Below are positions 1 through 10,715 of a DNA stretch of 64,000 nucleotides, one piece after another. Under the pieces are notes generated by a model. The model did no database searches and was not told the origin of the DNA. It saw only the letters and a list, made by a program, of their open reading frames with translations. Both the position numbers and the translations under genes were made by a program. The DNA lies in assembly GCA_027493525.1 (NCBI GenBank), contig JAOSKN010000002.1, positions 1,271,326-1,335,325 on the forward strand, in the 5' to 3' direction. This DNA is from Planctomycetota bacterium (lineage in GTDB: Bacteria > Planctomycetota > SZUA-567 > H5-PLA8). Within the stretch, counting starts at the first letter, position 1. The number at the start of each line of letters is the position of its first letter.

Positions 1-211
1 CGATTGGGGCTGCGCACCACCGTCTGAAGCCGGTGGCAAGCAACGGATAACCGGCACGCGGAATATTAGGGGTTGCCTTCGGCTTCAGCGCGCACGGAGC
101 TTACTGTCGGACGGCACACCACTGCGTGGTGTGGCACCCGGAGGAGCGACGCGGCGAAGGTGGCTGCGGCGCGAGACGGTGGAGCAGGAGATCGGGCGGC
201 AGATCGGGAAC

Positions 212-859
212 ATGGCGTCGAAGGAGGCCCGCGAGCGGCTGCTCCAGGTGGCGATCGCCGCGCTGGAGAGCCTCGACACGCCCGGCGCGAACGCGCATAT
301 CAAGAGCGTCTACGCGGCGAGCAGCACCAAGGCGCTGCTGACGCTCTCGAACCTGTACGACGCGCGGATGCTGCTCGGCGACGCGTACAACCGGCTGACG
401 ACGGTGGTTTGCCACAGCGAGGCGTTCAGCGACCTGGTGAAGGACACGATCGGGAATTACAAGGTCGAGAACGTCGGCGGGTTCACGGTGGTGACGGGGC
501 TGCCGCAGGCGTTCGGGATGCGGATCGTGGTGGTGGACGACGCGAACCTGAAGAGCGATCCGGGCGGCGGCGATTACATGAAGTACCGCACGCTGCTCTT
601 CGGGCCCGGCGCGCTGGGGCTGATCTACCACCAGCAGTTGCGGATCGAGGCGGAGCGGCGGCTGGATTTCGAGGCGCCGTACTGGCGCGTGCTGGCGAAC
701 TTCGATTTCGCGCCGCATCTGTTCGGGATGAAGTGGACGAGCGCGACGGCCAACCCGGACAACACGGCGCTGGGCACGGCGAGCAACTGGGACGAGGCGT
801 ACAACGACCACCGCGAGGTGCTCTGCGCGGAGCTGGTCCACAACGCGACGGCGGCGTGA
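212..859 (+). CDS. hypothetical protein, possibly phage capsid-like structural protein; start uncertain (131 or 212)
   Basis: ORF 131..859 has a protein-like, non-Arg-biased translation. Bases upstream of 212 overlap the intergenic GCACACCACTGCGTGGTGTGGCACC hairpin box, so the ATG at 212 is preferred. It heads a phage-like cluster. Confidence 0.45.
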   Translation: MASKEARERLLQVAIAALESLDTPGANAHIKSVYAASSTKALLTLSNLYDARMLLGDAYNRLTTVVCHSEAFSDLVKDTIGNYKVENVGGFTVVTGLPQAFGMRIVVVDDANLKSDPGGGDYMKYRTLLFGPGALGLIYHQQLRIEAERRLDFEAPYWRVLANFDFAPHLFGMKWTSATANPDNTALGTASNWDEAYNDHREVLCAELVHNATAA

Positions 860-919
860 GCCACGGTTGTCGGTTGTCGGTTGCCGGTTGGGGCGGGGCG
901 CGGGGGCGCTCCGCCCCAT

Positions 920-1366
920 TCAGCCTTCAGCTTTCAGATTACAGCCTTTACCCAGCGGCCACAATTGAAGCTGGATTCGGGAGGCGATTTCGAAGACGCC
1001 GGCGAGGAGTCCGAGCAGGACGACGGCGGCGGCGAGGTCGAAGAGCAGGGGTTGCGCGCGCCAGCCTTCGCGCTGGAAGGAGTAGAGCATCGGCCGGTCG
1101 GGGTCCCAGTCCTTCTCGGGATTCGGGAGTTTTTCGACGTAGGCCTGATTCGAGGGCCAGCCGTAGCCGAGGTAGCGGTAGTCGTGGAAATACTGGGCGT
1201 CGGTGGCGAGCTGGCGGCCGCCGGGCGCCGGCGCGAGGACGATCTCGCCGATTTCACCTCCGATTCTGGGGGTTAAATTCAGCCAGCCGAGCGCGACCGC
1301 GCCCAGCGCGACGGCGATGAGCGTGGCGAGGTGGAGGCGGACGGCGCGCGGGGCGGGCTGGGTCAT
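920..1366 (-). CDS. hypothetical membrane protein
   Basis: The protein-like part of ORF 920..1531 begins MTQPAPRAV and has two hydrophobic segments. The earlier Arg-rich part was excluded. Confidence 0.4.
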   Translation of the reverse strand: MTQPAPRAVRLHLATLIAVALGAVALGWLNLTPRIGGEIGEIVLAPAPGGRQLATDAQYFHDYRYLGYGWPSNQAYVEKLPNPEKDWDPDRPMLYSFQREGWRAQPLLFDLAAAVVLLGLLAGVFEIASRIQLQLWPLGKGCNLKAEG

Positions 1367-1524
1367 GCGCCAGGTCCGCCGACGTTCTTCACGGGCAGGG
1401 CGTGGGTCATCGGTCGCTCCTTTATAAGGAAGGCACGGCGACGAAAGCCAGCGTAACCGAAGGGCCGGGGCGGGCAAGGGGACGCGCGGAACGGGCAGGC
1501 GGATGGCCGGAGGACAAAGAACGC

Positions 1525-1932
1525 ATGGCACTCACGGCGGAACAGACGACGCAGATCTTCGAGATGCTGGGGATCCCGGAGGGCGGGAACGGGGCGGTGC
1601 TCTCGAGCGTCGCGACGCTCTTCGGGCCGGCTTACGAGAGTTACGAGATGAGCGGCTTCGTGGATCTGGTCAACGCGCGGCTGGCGGGGTTGAGCGCGAG
1701 CCAGGAGGCGCGGGTCGGCGAGCTGCTGGCGCGCTGGTCGGCGATCGGCGCGACGAGCCCGCTGACGGTCGCGGCCGAGGGCGCGGCGCGCGGCACGCTG
1801 GCGGACCATCCTGCGGAGCGGGCGCATCTGCGGCTCGCGCTGGCGAACGTGATCGGGATCGCGGTGAGCAGCGGCGGGTTCGCGCGGGAGGCGTGGACGG
1901 CGGGAGGCGGCGGGGCGCGGGTGGCGAGGTGA
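1525..1932 (+). CDS. hypothetical protein (phage-like module)
   Basis: The translation turns protein-like from MALTAEQTTQIF onward; the upstream part of the ORF is Arg-rich junk. Confidence 0.5.
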   Translation: MALTAEQTTQIFEMLGIPEGGNGAVLSSVATLFGPAYESYEMSGFVDLVNARLAGLSASQEARVGELLARWSAIGATSPLTVAAEGAARGTLADHPAERAHLRLALANVIGIAVSSGGFAREAWTAGGGGARVAR

Positions 1933-2044
1933 GGCGAGTGAATTAAAACGCAAAATGCGCGGGTATTCCATCCTGGCTTGTGCGTTTTACGTTTTCCGCT
2001 TCTGAATGGTCCAAACTTCTACTTCTCTTTATGAGGCCAACTTC

Positions 2045-2410
2045 ATGAGCATCTGGTCATCCGTACGCGACGCGCGGGCGGAGGCGGCTTGCGCGGTCTT
2101 CGCGGAACTCGGGGTGCGCGTGGATCTGATCCACGAAGGCGCGGCGGCGGAGAATCTGGCGGCGTACCTGGAGCGCGCGGGGCAGGCGTTCGAGGCGACG
2201 CTGACTCGGCACGGCGTGGAGGAGACGCGGACGGTGCATCTGCCGCGGCAGGCCGGCTTCGCGGGGGCGGTGCGCCCGGGCGACGTGCTGGTGGCGCCGG
2301 CCGGATCGGGGACGCGCTACGTCGTTCGCGAGATCGAGAGCGACGCGCACGAGGCGGTTTTCCGGCTGCGCGTATCGCGGGCGGCGGCGCCGGTGGGCGT
2401 GGCGGTGTAG
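2045..2410 (+). CDS. hypothetical protein (phage-like module)
   Basis: ORF 2006..2410, with MSIWSSVRDARAEAA the likely start. A low-GC promoter-like stretch lies upstream. Confidence 0.45.
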   Translation: MSIWSSVRDARAEAACAVFAELGVRVDLIHEGAAAENLAAYLERAGQAFEATLTRHGVEETRTVHLPRQAGFAGAVRPGDVLVAPAGSGTRYVVREIESDAHEAVFRLRVSRAAAPVGVAV

Positions 2411-2465
2411 GTGGGTTCCGGGTTCTGAATGGGCACTTTGAGCGAGGTGCGGGACGTTCAAAAGA

Positions 2466-2634
2466 CTAGTGTCCTGTAAGCGAAATCCGTTGCGCGTTTT
2501 GGGGCGCTTTTGACCGTGCTCTTCGTTGCGCTTCGAGCGTCGTATCTTCTCGATACGGCTATTCTTCGCGCGCCTCGATCACGGCCAAAATCCCTCCCAA
2601 ACCGCATCAACGTATTTCACTTACAGAACACTAG
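2466..2634. mobile_element. MITE-like element (same family, imperfect inverted ends)
   Basis: CTAGTGTCCTGTAAGCGAAAT at the left end and ATTTCACTTACAGAACACTAG at the right. The core carries an 11-bp sub-repeat pair, TTTTGACCGTG and CACGGCCAAAA. Confidence 0.6.
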
Positions 2635-2781
2635 AACGCAGAACAAAAAGCGTAAGGCATGGTTTTGCTTGAATCGCGCGGCTGCGAATGATTGTCCGGA
2701 CTGTTGCGTTCTACGTTTCACGTTTCACGCTTTGCATTTCACGACTCCGCGGTGCTTCAAATGTGCTGGAGATTTTTTCCA

Positions 2782-3396
2782 ATGCCCGCAACCAGTCTGA
2801 TCGGCAAGACGCGCGAACGCTTGAAGGCATTGGCCGAAGGCGTGAGCGGCGGGGGCCTGACGCTGGAGGCTTCGCGCGTGCGGCTCGGCTACGACCGCAT
2901 GCTCGAAACGGGCTCGTTCTTCGCGAGCCTGCTCGAGGACGGCCCGTACCTGAGCGTGGGGAGCGCGTCGCTGGAGTACGCCTCGCAGGCGGAGTACGGG
3001 CCGGCGGAGGTGCGCGCGCTCCTGTACGCGGGCTTCGCGCGCGGGGCGGACGACGATTTCACGGCGGTCGACGATCTGCTGGAGGCGCTGCGCGTGGCGT
3101 GGAACGCGCCGGCGTCGTACGGCGAGGGCGAGGCGGCGCCGATCCGGATCGGCTGGGAGGCCTGGCGGACGGAGACGCGGACCGACCCGGGAGTGATCGT
3201 GGTGCCGCTGCGGGTGCAGTTCCCCGATCCCCCGGCGGAGTTCCGGGCGGGCCGCAACGGCGCGCGCAACCGGCTCGCCGCGCTCGCGCGGGCGCGCGCG
3301 CCTCGAACGAGGTTGACGCATTGGGTGCGGTATTTCGTCCACAAATCGCGCTTCGAAAAGCTGGCGGAGTTCAGCCGCGCGTGGCTGGGCGGGTGA
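2782..3396 (+). CDS. hypothetical protein (phage-like module)
   Basis: The ORF becomes protein-like from MPATSLIGKTRERLKA onward. The upstream part is a MITE copy. Confidence 0.5.
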   Translation: MPATSLIGKTRERLKALAEGVSGGGLTLEASRVRLGYDRMLETGSFFASLLEDGPYLSVGSASLEYASQAEYGPAEVRALLYAGFARGADDDFTAVDDLLEALRVAWNAPASYGEGEAAPIRIGWEAWRTETRTDPGVIVVPLRVQFPDPPAEFRAGRNGARNRLAALARARAPRTRLTHWVRYFVHKSRFEKLAEFSRAWLGG

Positions 3397-3410
3397 CCTG
3401 TGATCTGTGA

Positions 3411-3650
3411 TCTGTGATCTGTGAACTGTGATCTGTGACCTGTGGTCTGTGAACTGTGATCTGTGATCTGTGATCTGTGATCTGTGATCTGTGAACTGTG
3501 AACTGTGAACTGTGATCTGTGATCTGTGATCGTAATCAGTAATCAGTGATCAGTGATCTGTAATCTGTGGTCTGTGAACTGTGATCAGAATACAGAATAC
3601 AGAATACAGATTACAGATTACAGATTACAGGCATCCGAAAGGCGGACTCT
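3411..3650. repeat. tandem heptamer array (CTGTGAT / CTGTGAA / CTGTAAT) followed by inverted (CAGAATA / CAGATTA)n
   Basis: Direct 7-bp periodicity is visible, and the two halves are reverse complements, so the region can fold as a long hairpin. Confidence 0.9.
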
Positions 3651-4043
3651 ATGGGCGCGACCGGGAAGGCGTTCCGAATCGAGTCGGTGGCGCACGGGGA
3701 GACGGTCCTGAGTGGGCCGCTCGAGGTGCGGCTGCGGGAGCGGATCGGATGGACGCCGCTGGCGGCGGGCGAACGCGGCGGCGTGCCGGGCTGGGTGGCG
3801 CGGCGCGAGGGGTACGAGGCGGAGGTGCTCGCCACGGATCTGGCCGACGCGCTGGCCGCGGGCGCCAAGGCGACGCTGACGATCGTGCTGAAGGACGCGG
3901 GCGGCGGGAACGTGACGGTCTCGATCGCGGGAATGCGGCGCGGGCCGGTGGAGTGGCTGATGGAGCGCGGGCCGTTCACGCGGCGGATGGTCTTCCGGCA
4001 CGAGGGCGAGGCCGGCGCGGGGACGCTTACGGTGAGCGCATGA
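3651..4043 (+). CDS. hypothetical protein (possible tail component)
   Basis: A clean 130-aa ORF that begins immediately after the heptamer arrays. Confidence 0.5.
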   Translation: MGATGKAFRIESVAHGETVLSGPLEVRLRERIGWTPLAAGERGGVPGWVARREGYEAEVLATDLADALAAGAKATLTIVLKDAGGGNVTVSIAGMRRGPVEWLMERGPFTRRMVFRHEGEAGAGTLTVSA

Positions 4044-4083
4044 GCGCGCGCCGGCGCGGGGTTCCGAAGAGAGAGGAGCGGAG

Positions 4084-4347
4084 ATGAACGAGCGGAGGCC
4101 CACGACGGCGGCCGAGCGGGCGCTGGCGGCGCTGGCGGAGTTGTTCGCCGCTCCGGCGTCGGGCGAAGCCGAGGCGCGGAGCGAACTCGCGCTGCAGGCG
4201 GGGGAAGAGCGCGAGGCCGAGCCGGCCGGGGCGCGGCGCGCGGCGCGGCCGGAGGGCGCGACCTTCGTGAGCCTGGAGCGGCGGCGGCAGGAGGAGTGGC
4301 TCTTCGGGCGGCGCCGGCGGAGACGGAGCGGGTGGCGGGTGGACTGA
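4084..4347 (+). CDS. hypothetical small protein
   Basis: An 87-aa ORF 41 nt after the preceding gene, with an Ala/Glu-rich N-terminus and an Arg-rich tail. Confidence 0.3.
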   Translation: MNERRPTTAAERALAALAELFAAPASGEAEARSELALQAGEEREAEPAGARRAARPEGATFVSLERRRQEEWLFGRRRRRRSGWRVD

Positions 4348-4535
4348 GCGGGCGGAGCGGCCGGTTGCTGGTTGCCAGTTGCCAGTTGCCGGTTGCCGGT
4401 TGCCGGTTGCTAGGGAGCGCGCTTCGCGCGGATTTTTTCAGGCGCCGCCCCTGCCCCTCCTCAGGGAGGAGGGGAAATCGCGCAAGAACCGGCATGCAAT
4501 TTAGGGCATACCCCTTTGATTCCAGGTGCGAAAGT

Positions 4536-4660
4536 TTAAGCGTTCACTGTTCACTGTTCACTGTTCACTGTTCACTGTTCGCTGTTCACTGTTCACTGTT
4601 CACTGTTCGCTGTTCACTGTTCACTGTTCACTGTTCACTGTTCACTGTTCCTCGGAGCAA
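4536..4660. repeat. (CACTGTT)n, about 17 units
   Basis: Seen in sequence. Confidence 0.9.
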
Positions 4661-4663
4661 CCC

Positions 4664-5083
4664 ATGGCCGATTGGCTGGTTGGCGGCATTACGTACCTCG
4701 ATCCGGTTGGAATTGCAGACGCCGGCGGGCTGGTCTCGGGGCGGTACTGGCTTGGCGAGGTGCGGATTTCACACCCCGAGATCGAGGAACAATTCTACGG
4801 CTTTCCGGGGGTGGATGGGGTGGGCGTCAAGACGTTCGGGTTCCGCGGGCGGCGGCTACGGGGCGGCGTGGCGTATCTGGCGGCCTCCACCTTCGACCTG
4901 CGCGCGGCGCTCGATGCCGACCGCGCCGCGCTGCGCGGGGTCTCCTTTTCGTGCCAGGCGCCGGACGGGTCGGCGTACGCGAACTGCCGGTTGGAGGCGC
5001 TGCCCGACGGCGCGGTGCTGCTGGACGCGGGCGGGCTGTTCGCGATGCGGACGGAGTTGAGGCTCTTTCAGGCGCGGGAGTGA
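4664..5083 (+). CDS. hypothetical protein
   Basis: The translation is protein-like from MADWLVGGITYLDP onward. The upstream ORF portion is the translated (CACTGTT)n array, which is an artefact. Confidence 0.5.
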   Translation: MADWLVGGITYLDPVGIADAGGLVSGRYWLGEVRISHPEIEEQFYGFPGVDGVGVKTFGFRGRRLRGGVAYLAASTFDLRAALDADRAALRGVSFSCQAPDGSAYANCRLEALPDGAVLLDAGGLFAMRTELRLFQARE

Positions 5084-5564
5084 TGCTGTTGTCGGTTGCT
5101 GGTTGCTGGTTGCTGGTTGCTAGGGGGCGCGTTTCGCGCGGATTCATTAGGGCACCGCCCCTGCCCCTCCTCGGGGAGGAGGGGAAACGCATAAGACAGG
5201 CGGGGGCGGGTATCCGTTGCTTGCCACCACCTTCAGGTGGTGGATCGCGGCTCCCATTTATTGCTTATTCCGCCGGCTTAAGCCGGCGGAATGAGGAGCT
5301 GTTGGGGCTGGGCACCACCGGCTGAAGCCGGTGGCAAGCAACGGATAAGGGAGGCGGCACGGCGGGCGAGCAGGATGCTCGCGGACGGGAGAACGAAAAG
5401 ACGCGCGGGCGGGACGCCCACGCGAGCCGGCGAGGACGCCGGCGCTACGGGCGGGGCACGGGGCGGCTTCGCCGACCCGTGGCACGGCGGACTGAAGGAA
5501 ACGCACCTTAGCAACCGGCAACCGACAACAAACAACCAGCAACCCGATCTGCGGAGGCGAGGCG

Positions 5565-7424
5565 ATGGCTCAGTACGTTCCGAATTCCGACGACGCGCAA
5601 TTCGATCAATATGCGGGCCAGGAATTCGAGGATCCGCTGGCCTACGCGAGCGCGCAGCCCAAGCGGATCGACGCAAAATTCTTCCTCAAGCCGGTCCAGG
5701 ATGAATTGCTGCGGCTGATCGAGCTGGCCTTGGAAGGGCTGGCGGCGCTCCCGGTGCGAAATGGGACCGGAAGTCTGCTGGAAAAAGGCGCGCTGGTCCG
5801 CGTCGCCGGCTTCGACTCGGGCGCGTCGCGGTGGCTGGTGGAACCGGCCGACGCGAACGACGCTTCGCGGCCCGCGCAGTTCGTCCTGGACGAGGCGCTG
5901 GCCGACGAGGCCGAGGGCGTGGCGTACGCGCACCGAACGGTGAGCGGGCTGGACACGAGCGGGACGGCGCCGAACGATCCGGTGTATCTGTCGGCGGAGG
6001 AGGGCGTGTACGGCTTCGCGCCGCCGGAAGGCGCGGCGCGGGCGCAGGAGGTCGGGCGCGTCGCGGCGGTTGGGGCGGAGGGCGCGATCTGGTTCAGCGT
6101 GGGCGGCCTTGCGGCGGGGCGCGCCCCGGGCGGGACCGGCACGCCGGGCGCGCTGGCGCGCTGGAGCGGCGCGGGGGAGCTGGGCGACGCGGCGGTGAGC
6201 GACGACGGGAGCGATTTGACGCTGGCGCCGAGCGGGACGGTGTACGCGGCGGCGGCGCTGGTCCCGGACTCAGGAAACGCGCGGGACCTGGGGAGCGCGG
6301 AGGCGGCCTGGCGCGGCGCGTACCTGGGGGAGGACACCGGGAGCGGCGCGCACTTCGGCGCGGACGCGGACTGGCGCTGGTACTACGACGAGGCGGGGCT
6401 CGACGCGCTGATGCTGGCGGAAAGCGACGTTCCGGCGCTGGCGCTGAAGGGCTCGGACCCCGGGAATTTTAACGCGGTTTCGGACACGAATGGGAACGAC
6501 CTGTACTTCAAGACGCAGGGTGGCGGGGCGCACGCGGGCGGCAACCCGCGCGGCGGGCGGCTGATCTTCGTGACGGGCGCGGCCGGATCCGGCGGGTCGG
6601 GCGCCGAGGGCGACGTGCGTTTTCGAAGGAGCGACGGGAGCTACGAGCTGCGGATCGAGACGCGCAATTCACTGGGGCGCGGCGGCTTCGACGTGACGAC
6701 GGGTTCGCTGCTGGATTTTCGCGTCAACGGGACGATCTGCCTGAGCATCTCGAGCGGCGGATTTCAGGTCGCTTCCAGCAAGGAATTCAGCTTCGGGACG
6801 ATCTCCAACGCGGTGCTGCGGCATGCGGCGATCGGGAGCGACGCGGCGACGTACGAGTTCCAGGTCATCGGGCAGAACGCGTTCGCGGCGGCATCGACGA
6901 ACCGCAACGGCGGGAACGTGGTCGTCACGCCCGGGGCGCACGCGACGTCGGGCGGCGCGGCGGGGCGCCTGGTCGTGCGCGACCCGCACGGTTCGGCGGG
7001 CGTCGACGAGGTTCACGTGCAGCACGACGGGACCGACGCGCGGATCGAGCCGAAGAGCGGGGAACTGCGCGTGGCCGGGAGCGGGCTGCGCGTGGAGAAC
7101 GGCTGCGCGCTGGACGCTCAGACGCCGGCGGCGCTGGACTCGGACGCGAACGATTACGATCCGGGCGCGAGGACGTTCACGCGGCTGAGCGCGAGCGCGG
7201 CGCGGAACGTGACCGGCCTGGCCGGCGGGAGCGACGGGCGGCAATTGTGGGTCGCCAACGCGGGGAATTTCGCGATCGTCTTCAAACACGAGGCTGCCGG
7301 ATCGGCGGCGGCCAATCGCCTGATCGGGATCGGCGGGACCGACGTGACGCTGGCCGCGAACGAGACGGCGATTCTGATCTATGACGGGACGACGCAGCGC
7401 TGGCGGTTCATGGCGAGGACGTAG
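5565..7424 (+). CDS. phage tail fibre-like protein (Gly/Ala/Ser-rich, 619 aa)
   Basis: A long clean ORF with Gly-rich beta-strand-like composition typical of tail fibres or spikes. It sits among phage-like neighbours; the assignment is from composition and context only. Confidence 0.6.
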   Translation: MAQYVPNSDDAQFDQYAGQEFEDPLAYASAQPKRIDAKFFLKPVQDELLRLIELALEGLAALPVRNGTGSLLEKGALVRVAGFDSGASRWLVEPADANDASRPAQFVLDEALADEAEGVAYAHRTVSGLDTSGTAPNDPVYLSAEEGVYGFAPPEGAARAQEVGRVAAVGAEGAIWFSVGGLAAGRAPGGTGTPGALARWSGAGELGDAAVSDDGSDLTLAPSGTVYAAAALVPDSGNARDLGSAEAAWRGAYLGEDTGSGAHFGADADWRWYYDEAGLDALMLAESDVPALALKGSDPGNFNAVSDTNGNDLYFKTQGGGAHAGGNPRGGRLIFVTGAAGSGGSGAEGDVRFRRSDGSYELRIETRNSLGRGGFDVTTGSLLDFRVNGTICLSISSGGFQVASSKEFSFGTISNAVLRHAAIGSDAATYEFQVIGQNAFAAASTNRNGGNVVVTPGAHATSGGAAGRLVVRDPHGSAGVDEVHVQHDGTDARIEPKSGELRVAGSGLRVENGCALDAQTPAALDSDANDYDPGARTFTRLSASAARNVTGLAGGSDGRQLWVANAGNFAIVFKHEAAGSAAANRLIGIGGTDVTLAANETAILIYDGTTQRWRFMART

Positions 7425-7574
7425 GCGGTTGCTGGTTGTCGGTTGTCGGTTGCTGGTTGCTGGTTGCTGGTTGCTGGTTGCTGAGGAGTTTTTCTTCTTG
7501 TACTCATGTCACGTCGAAGGTGGTAATTTTACTGCGTGAAAGGATAACATTTACCGAACCATTAGGCGCATTCC

Positions 7575-7937
7575 ATGGGAAATCGCATTACCTACCGCGA
7601 CCTGGAGGCCTGGAAAAAGGCCATGGATTTCGTGGAGCAGGTCTACCGCCTTTCCGCTCAGTTTCCCGAATCCGAACGTTTCGGCTTGAGCGCACAATTG
7701 CGCCGGTCGGCTCTTTCCATTCCTTCTAATATCGCCGAAGGCCAAGCGCGCGCGACGGTCGCCGACTTCAAGCGCATGCTGTACATCGCCCGCGGTTCAC
7801 TGGCCGAGGCAGAGACCCAATTGTTAATAGCGGTCCGTCTTGAATACATTGGCCGAAATGCCCTGAAGCCCGTTTGGCGCCAGGCACAGACCGTTGGCCG
7901 GCTCCTGAATGGCCTGCTTCGGGCGCTGAAGGACTGA
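7575..7937 (+). CDS. four-helix-bundle protein (TIGR02436 / Avd-like family)
   Basis: A 120-aa protein whose sequence resembles the 23S-rRNA-intervening-sequence / Avd four-helix-bundle family. The gene region has markedly lower GC than its flanks. Confidence 0.7.
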   Translation: MGNRITYRDLEAWKKAMDFVEQVYRLSAQFPESERFGLSAQLRRSALSIPSNIAEGQARATVADFKRMLYIARGSLAEAETQLLIAVRLEYIGRNALKPVWRQAQTVGRLLNGLLRALKD

Positions 7938-8064
7938 AGACGCGCGCGTCTGCTGGTTGCCGGCTGTCGGTTACCGGCTGCTATGAGATTCTCTATTTAC
8001 TGCCCTCACCTCGAAGAAAAAGAAAGCACCTCAGCAACCAGCAACCGGCAGGCAAGGAGCAGCC

Positions 8065-9631
8065 ATGTCGCCAGGCATGCGAACGTCGTCGTTTCCGGGT
8101 TCGGTGGAGGAGGCGCTGCTGGATCTGCGCGTGGAGGTTCCGGAATTCGGGGGCTTCGCGCGGGTGGAATTGAAGGCCGCGCCGGGTTACGGCGCGCGGC
8201 ATTACGCGCTGTACGCCAACGCGCGGCGGGCCGGCACGGTCTGGGTTCCGGAAGGGGAAGCGGCGCGCGCGACGGTTCCGGCGCCGGCGGGGGCGGGGGA
8301 TTTGTCGGTGCACGCGGAGGACCTCGGGGATTGGCCGGGGCACGCGTACGATCCGGCGTTCACGGCGCGGGACGCCGAGTCGGGGGAGGCGCGGCAGTTG
8401 ACGCTGGCCTGGCGCGCGCGGCCGGCGTTCGTTTCGAGGGGTGACGCGCTGGGGCAGTTGACGAACTGGAACCTGGAGGGCGTCAAGCGCTTCAGCAATT
8501 CGGCGGCGGTGGAACGGCGGCCGACGCGGGCGGCGTGGAACGTGGAATTGCGCGACGATTCGGGGACGCGGACGGTGCGGCTTTACGCGGGCGCGGCGGC
8601 GGTGGCGGAAGGCTCGCGCGCGGGGGACGGGACGGTCGTCCTGGGCGCGCTGAACGGCTCGGGCCTGAGCGGGAGCGTGGAGCTGGCCTACGCGGCGGAC
8701 GCCGAGCCGGGCGGGATCGGGCTCGAGGCGCGATTTCCCGCGCGGTACGAGATCCATTACGCGCTGGGGAGCCTTGAATTTCCCCGGGAAGCGGAGGCCG
8801 AATGGAGCGACGACGGGCGCTCCAACGCGTTCCGCTGGACGAGCGGGCCGCTGGAAGCGGGGAAGCTACGCCGCGGCGGCGCGGCCGGTTTCGGACACGG
8901 GGATCGCGAGCGCGGCGGTCATAGCGCAAAGCGTAAACGTGCCGGGCGCGCCGGAGCCGCCGGGGATTCCCGAATACGCGAGCGGCGGCGCGGCGGGCAC
9001 GACGATCCGCTGGGCGGCCTCGCCGACGCCCGGCGCGACGTACCGGATCTACGCCGGCGCGGTGGGCGGCGCGATCGACACCACGACGCCCGTGACGACG
9101 GCCGCGGCGGGGAGCGGGACGCTGGAGGCGGCGCTGCCGGCGGCGGCGGGGTATCCCGGGGTGCGGCGCGTGCTGGTGCGCGCGCTTTCAGGCGGCGCGG
9201 AGGAGCGGAACGGCGCGGTGCTGGAGCTCGAGTACGATTCGAGCGGCGCGGCGGTTCCGGCGCGGCCGAATGCGCCGCGGGTGCGGGAGGTCTCGGTGAG
9301 CGGCGGGCGGACGCTGACGGTGGCAGCGGCGTATGAAGAGGCCGGCGAGCGCGCGGAGCCGGCGACGTGCGCGCTGTATCTGAAGCCGCTGGAGGAGGAA
9401 CTCGATTACGCGAGCCCCTACGCGGGCGCGGCGTGGGGCGCGGAAGTTGCGGGCGCGCGCGAGGCGGCGCTGACGGCGAGCCTGGGCGCGGACGGCTGGT
9501 ATCGGCTGGGCGTGCGCGCGCTGACGGCGGGCGGGACGTCGGACGGCAACACGCGCTGGGAGCGGGTGTACGTTTCGAGCGCGGCGCCGGCGGCGGCGGC
9601 GGGGCTGGAGGCTGCGGCGTCGCGAGGGTGA
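8065..9631 (+). CDS. hypothetical protein with apparent +1 frameshift near 8860-8890 (possible tail or baseplate protein)
   Basis: Frame 1 is protein-like for 8065 to about 8880, and frame 2 is protein-like for about 8860 to 9631. Neither frame is plausible on the other side of the junction. Confidence 0.45.
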
Positions 9632-9907
9632 GGGGGTAATATGGTGGAGCGCTGCGCGCGGATTTTTTCAGCACCGTCCCTGCCCCTCCTCGGGGAGGAG
9701 GGGAGACGGCATAGGGCGATGGAACCTAATTGAAGTAAGGCCGCTTAGCAACCCGTTGAAAAAGGGAGCGGGCCATTAAACGGCGCTTTTGCCCAACCCT
9801 TCGTTGCTCCCTCGTCACAGAGCTTCTCTGGATATGCTCCTCGGTCGCGCCTCGGTCAGGACAAAAATCGCTCGTTTACCGACCGCACCCCCATTTTCAA
9901 CGGGCTG

Positions 9908-10075
9908 CTAGTGTCCTGTAAGAGAAATCCATTGCGCATTTTGGGGTGCTTTTGGCCGTGCTCTTCGTTGCGCTCCGATCAGCGTATCTTCTTGATACGA
10001 TGACTCTTCGCGCGCCTCGATCACGGTCAAAATCCCTCCCAAACCGCATCAACGAATTTCTCTTACAGGACACTA
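9908..10075. mobile_element. MITE-like element, 168 bp, with 21-bp inverted ends CTAGTGTCCTGTAAGAGAAAT
   Basis: The inverted ends at 9908-9928 and 10055-10075 match perfectly. Its core matches repeats near 2490, 9780, 30760 and 62050. Confidence 0.7.
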
Positions 10076-10480
10076 GCGGTCGAGCTTGAGGTCGCGGAGG
10101 CGCCAGCGCCCGTTCTTGGCGGTCTGGTACTGGACGCTGCCCGAATAGACTTTGCCGATGACGTAGCGGTCGGCGCCGCCGAAGAGGCTGTCTACTTCGT
10201 TGACGGCGAAATGCTTGGTGTCGCCGGGCTTGAAGGGCGCTTTTTCGTCTTCCAATTCCACGATATTCACGCTCACCACGTAATGCGGATCGGGGGTCAC
10301 GGCGGTGACGACGTAATCGCCGCGGCCGATCGGTTCGATGTTCAGGAGCTTGGCCTTGAACGGCACGGAGTGCTCCTCAAGGAGCGGGAAGCTGGTGACG
10401 CTCTGCTTGACCTGCATGCGCTTCCCGCCGCCGCAGCCAGCGAGGAGAAGGGCGGCGAGGAGCATCGGGGCGGCGCGCAT
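10073..10480 (-). CDS. lipoprotein, hypothetical
   Basis: The mature part begins MRAAPMLLAALLLAGC, which includes a lipobox. The C-terminal part of the ORF looks like a real protein. Confidence 0.6.
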   Translation of the reverse strand: MRAAPMLLAALLLAGCGGGKRMQVKQSVTSFPLLEEHSVPFKAKLLNIEPIGRGDYVVTAVTPDPHYVVSVNIVELEDEKAPFKPGDTKHFAVNEVDSLFGGADRYVIGKVYSGSVQYQTAKNGRWRLRDLKLDR

Positions 10481-10715
10481 GGGGGCTCCGGGGGTTTGTA
10501 ATCTGTAATCTGTAATCTGTGATCTGTGATCGAAACTACGGTAATCGGTGGGCGGTGCACGGTAAACGGTAGAAATGGGGGGTTGCTGGTTACCGGTTTC
10601 CGGTTGCTGAGGTGCTTTCCTTTCTGGTTCAATTGGCAGGCGACGCATCAGAAGTTCCATGGCGACCGGCAACCGGCAACTGACAACCGGCGTGCGTGAC
10701 GAAAGCGGGGGCGCG

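Noticed and set aside
73-1320. A 415-aa plus-strand ORF covering the capsid-like and membrane-protein genes.
   Set aside because: The translation is almost pure Arg/Gly/Ala with no hydrophobic core. That is typical of out-of-frame ORFs in 70% GC DNA. It overlaps better ORFs on other frames.
3411-3650. Possible CRISPR arrays.
   Set aside because: The repeat units are 7 bp and strictly tandem, with no unique spacers. That is incompatible with a CRISPR array.
4296-5060. ORFs translating the heptamer arrays (for example the SLFTVHC repeats, and 13948..14775 with HSAFRIP repeats).
   Set aside because: The periodic peptide is simply the 7-bp DNA repeat read in frame. It is not a coding sequence.
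5565-8065. A diversity-generating retroelement around the tail-fibre and Avd-like genes.
   Set aside because: No reverse transcriptase gene and no template/variable repeat pair were found in the window. The fibre C-terminus is not Asn/Tyr-codon-rich. The hypothesis is retained only as a low-priority check.
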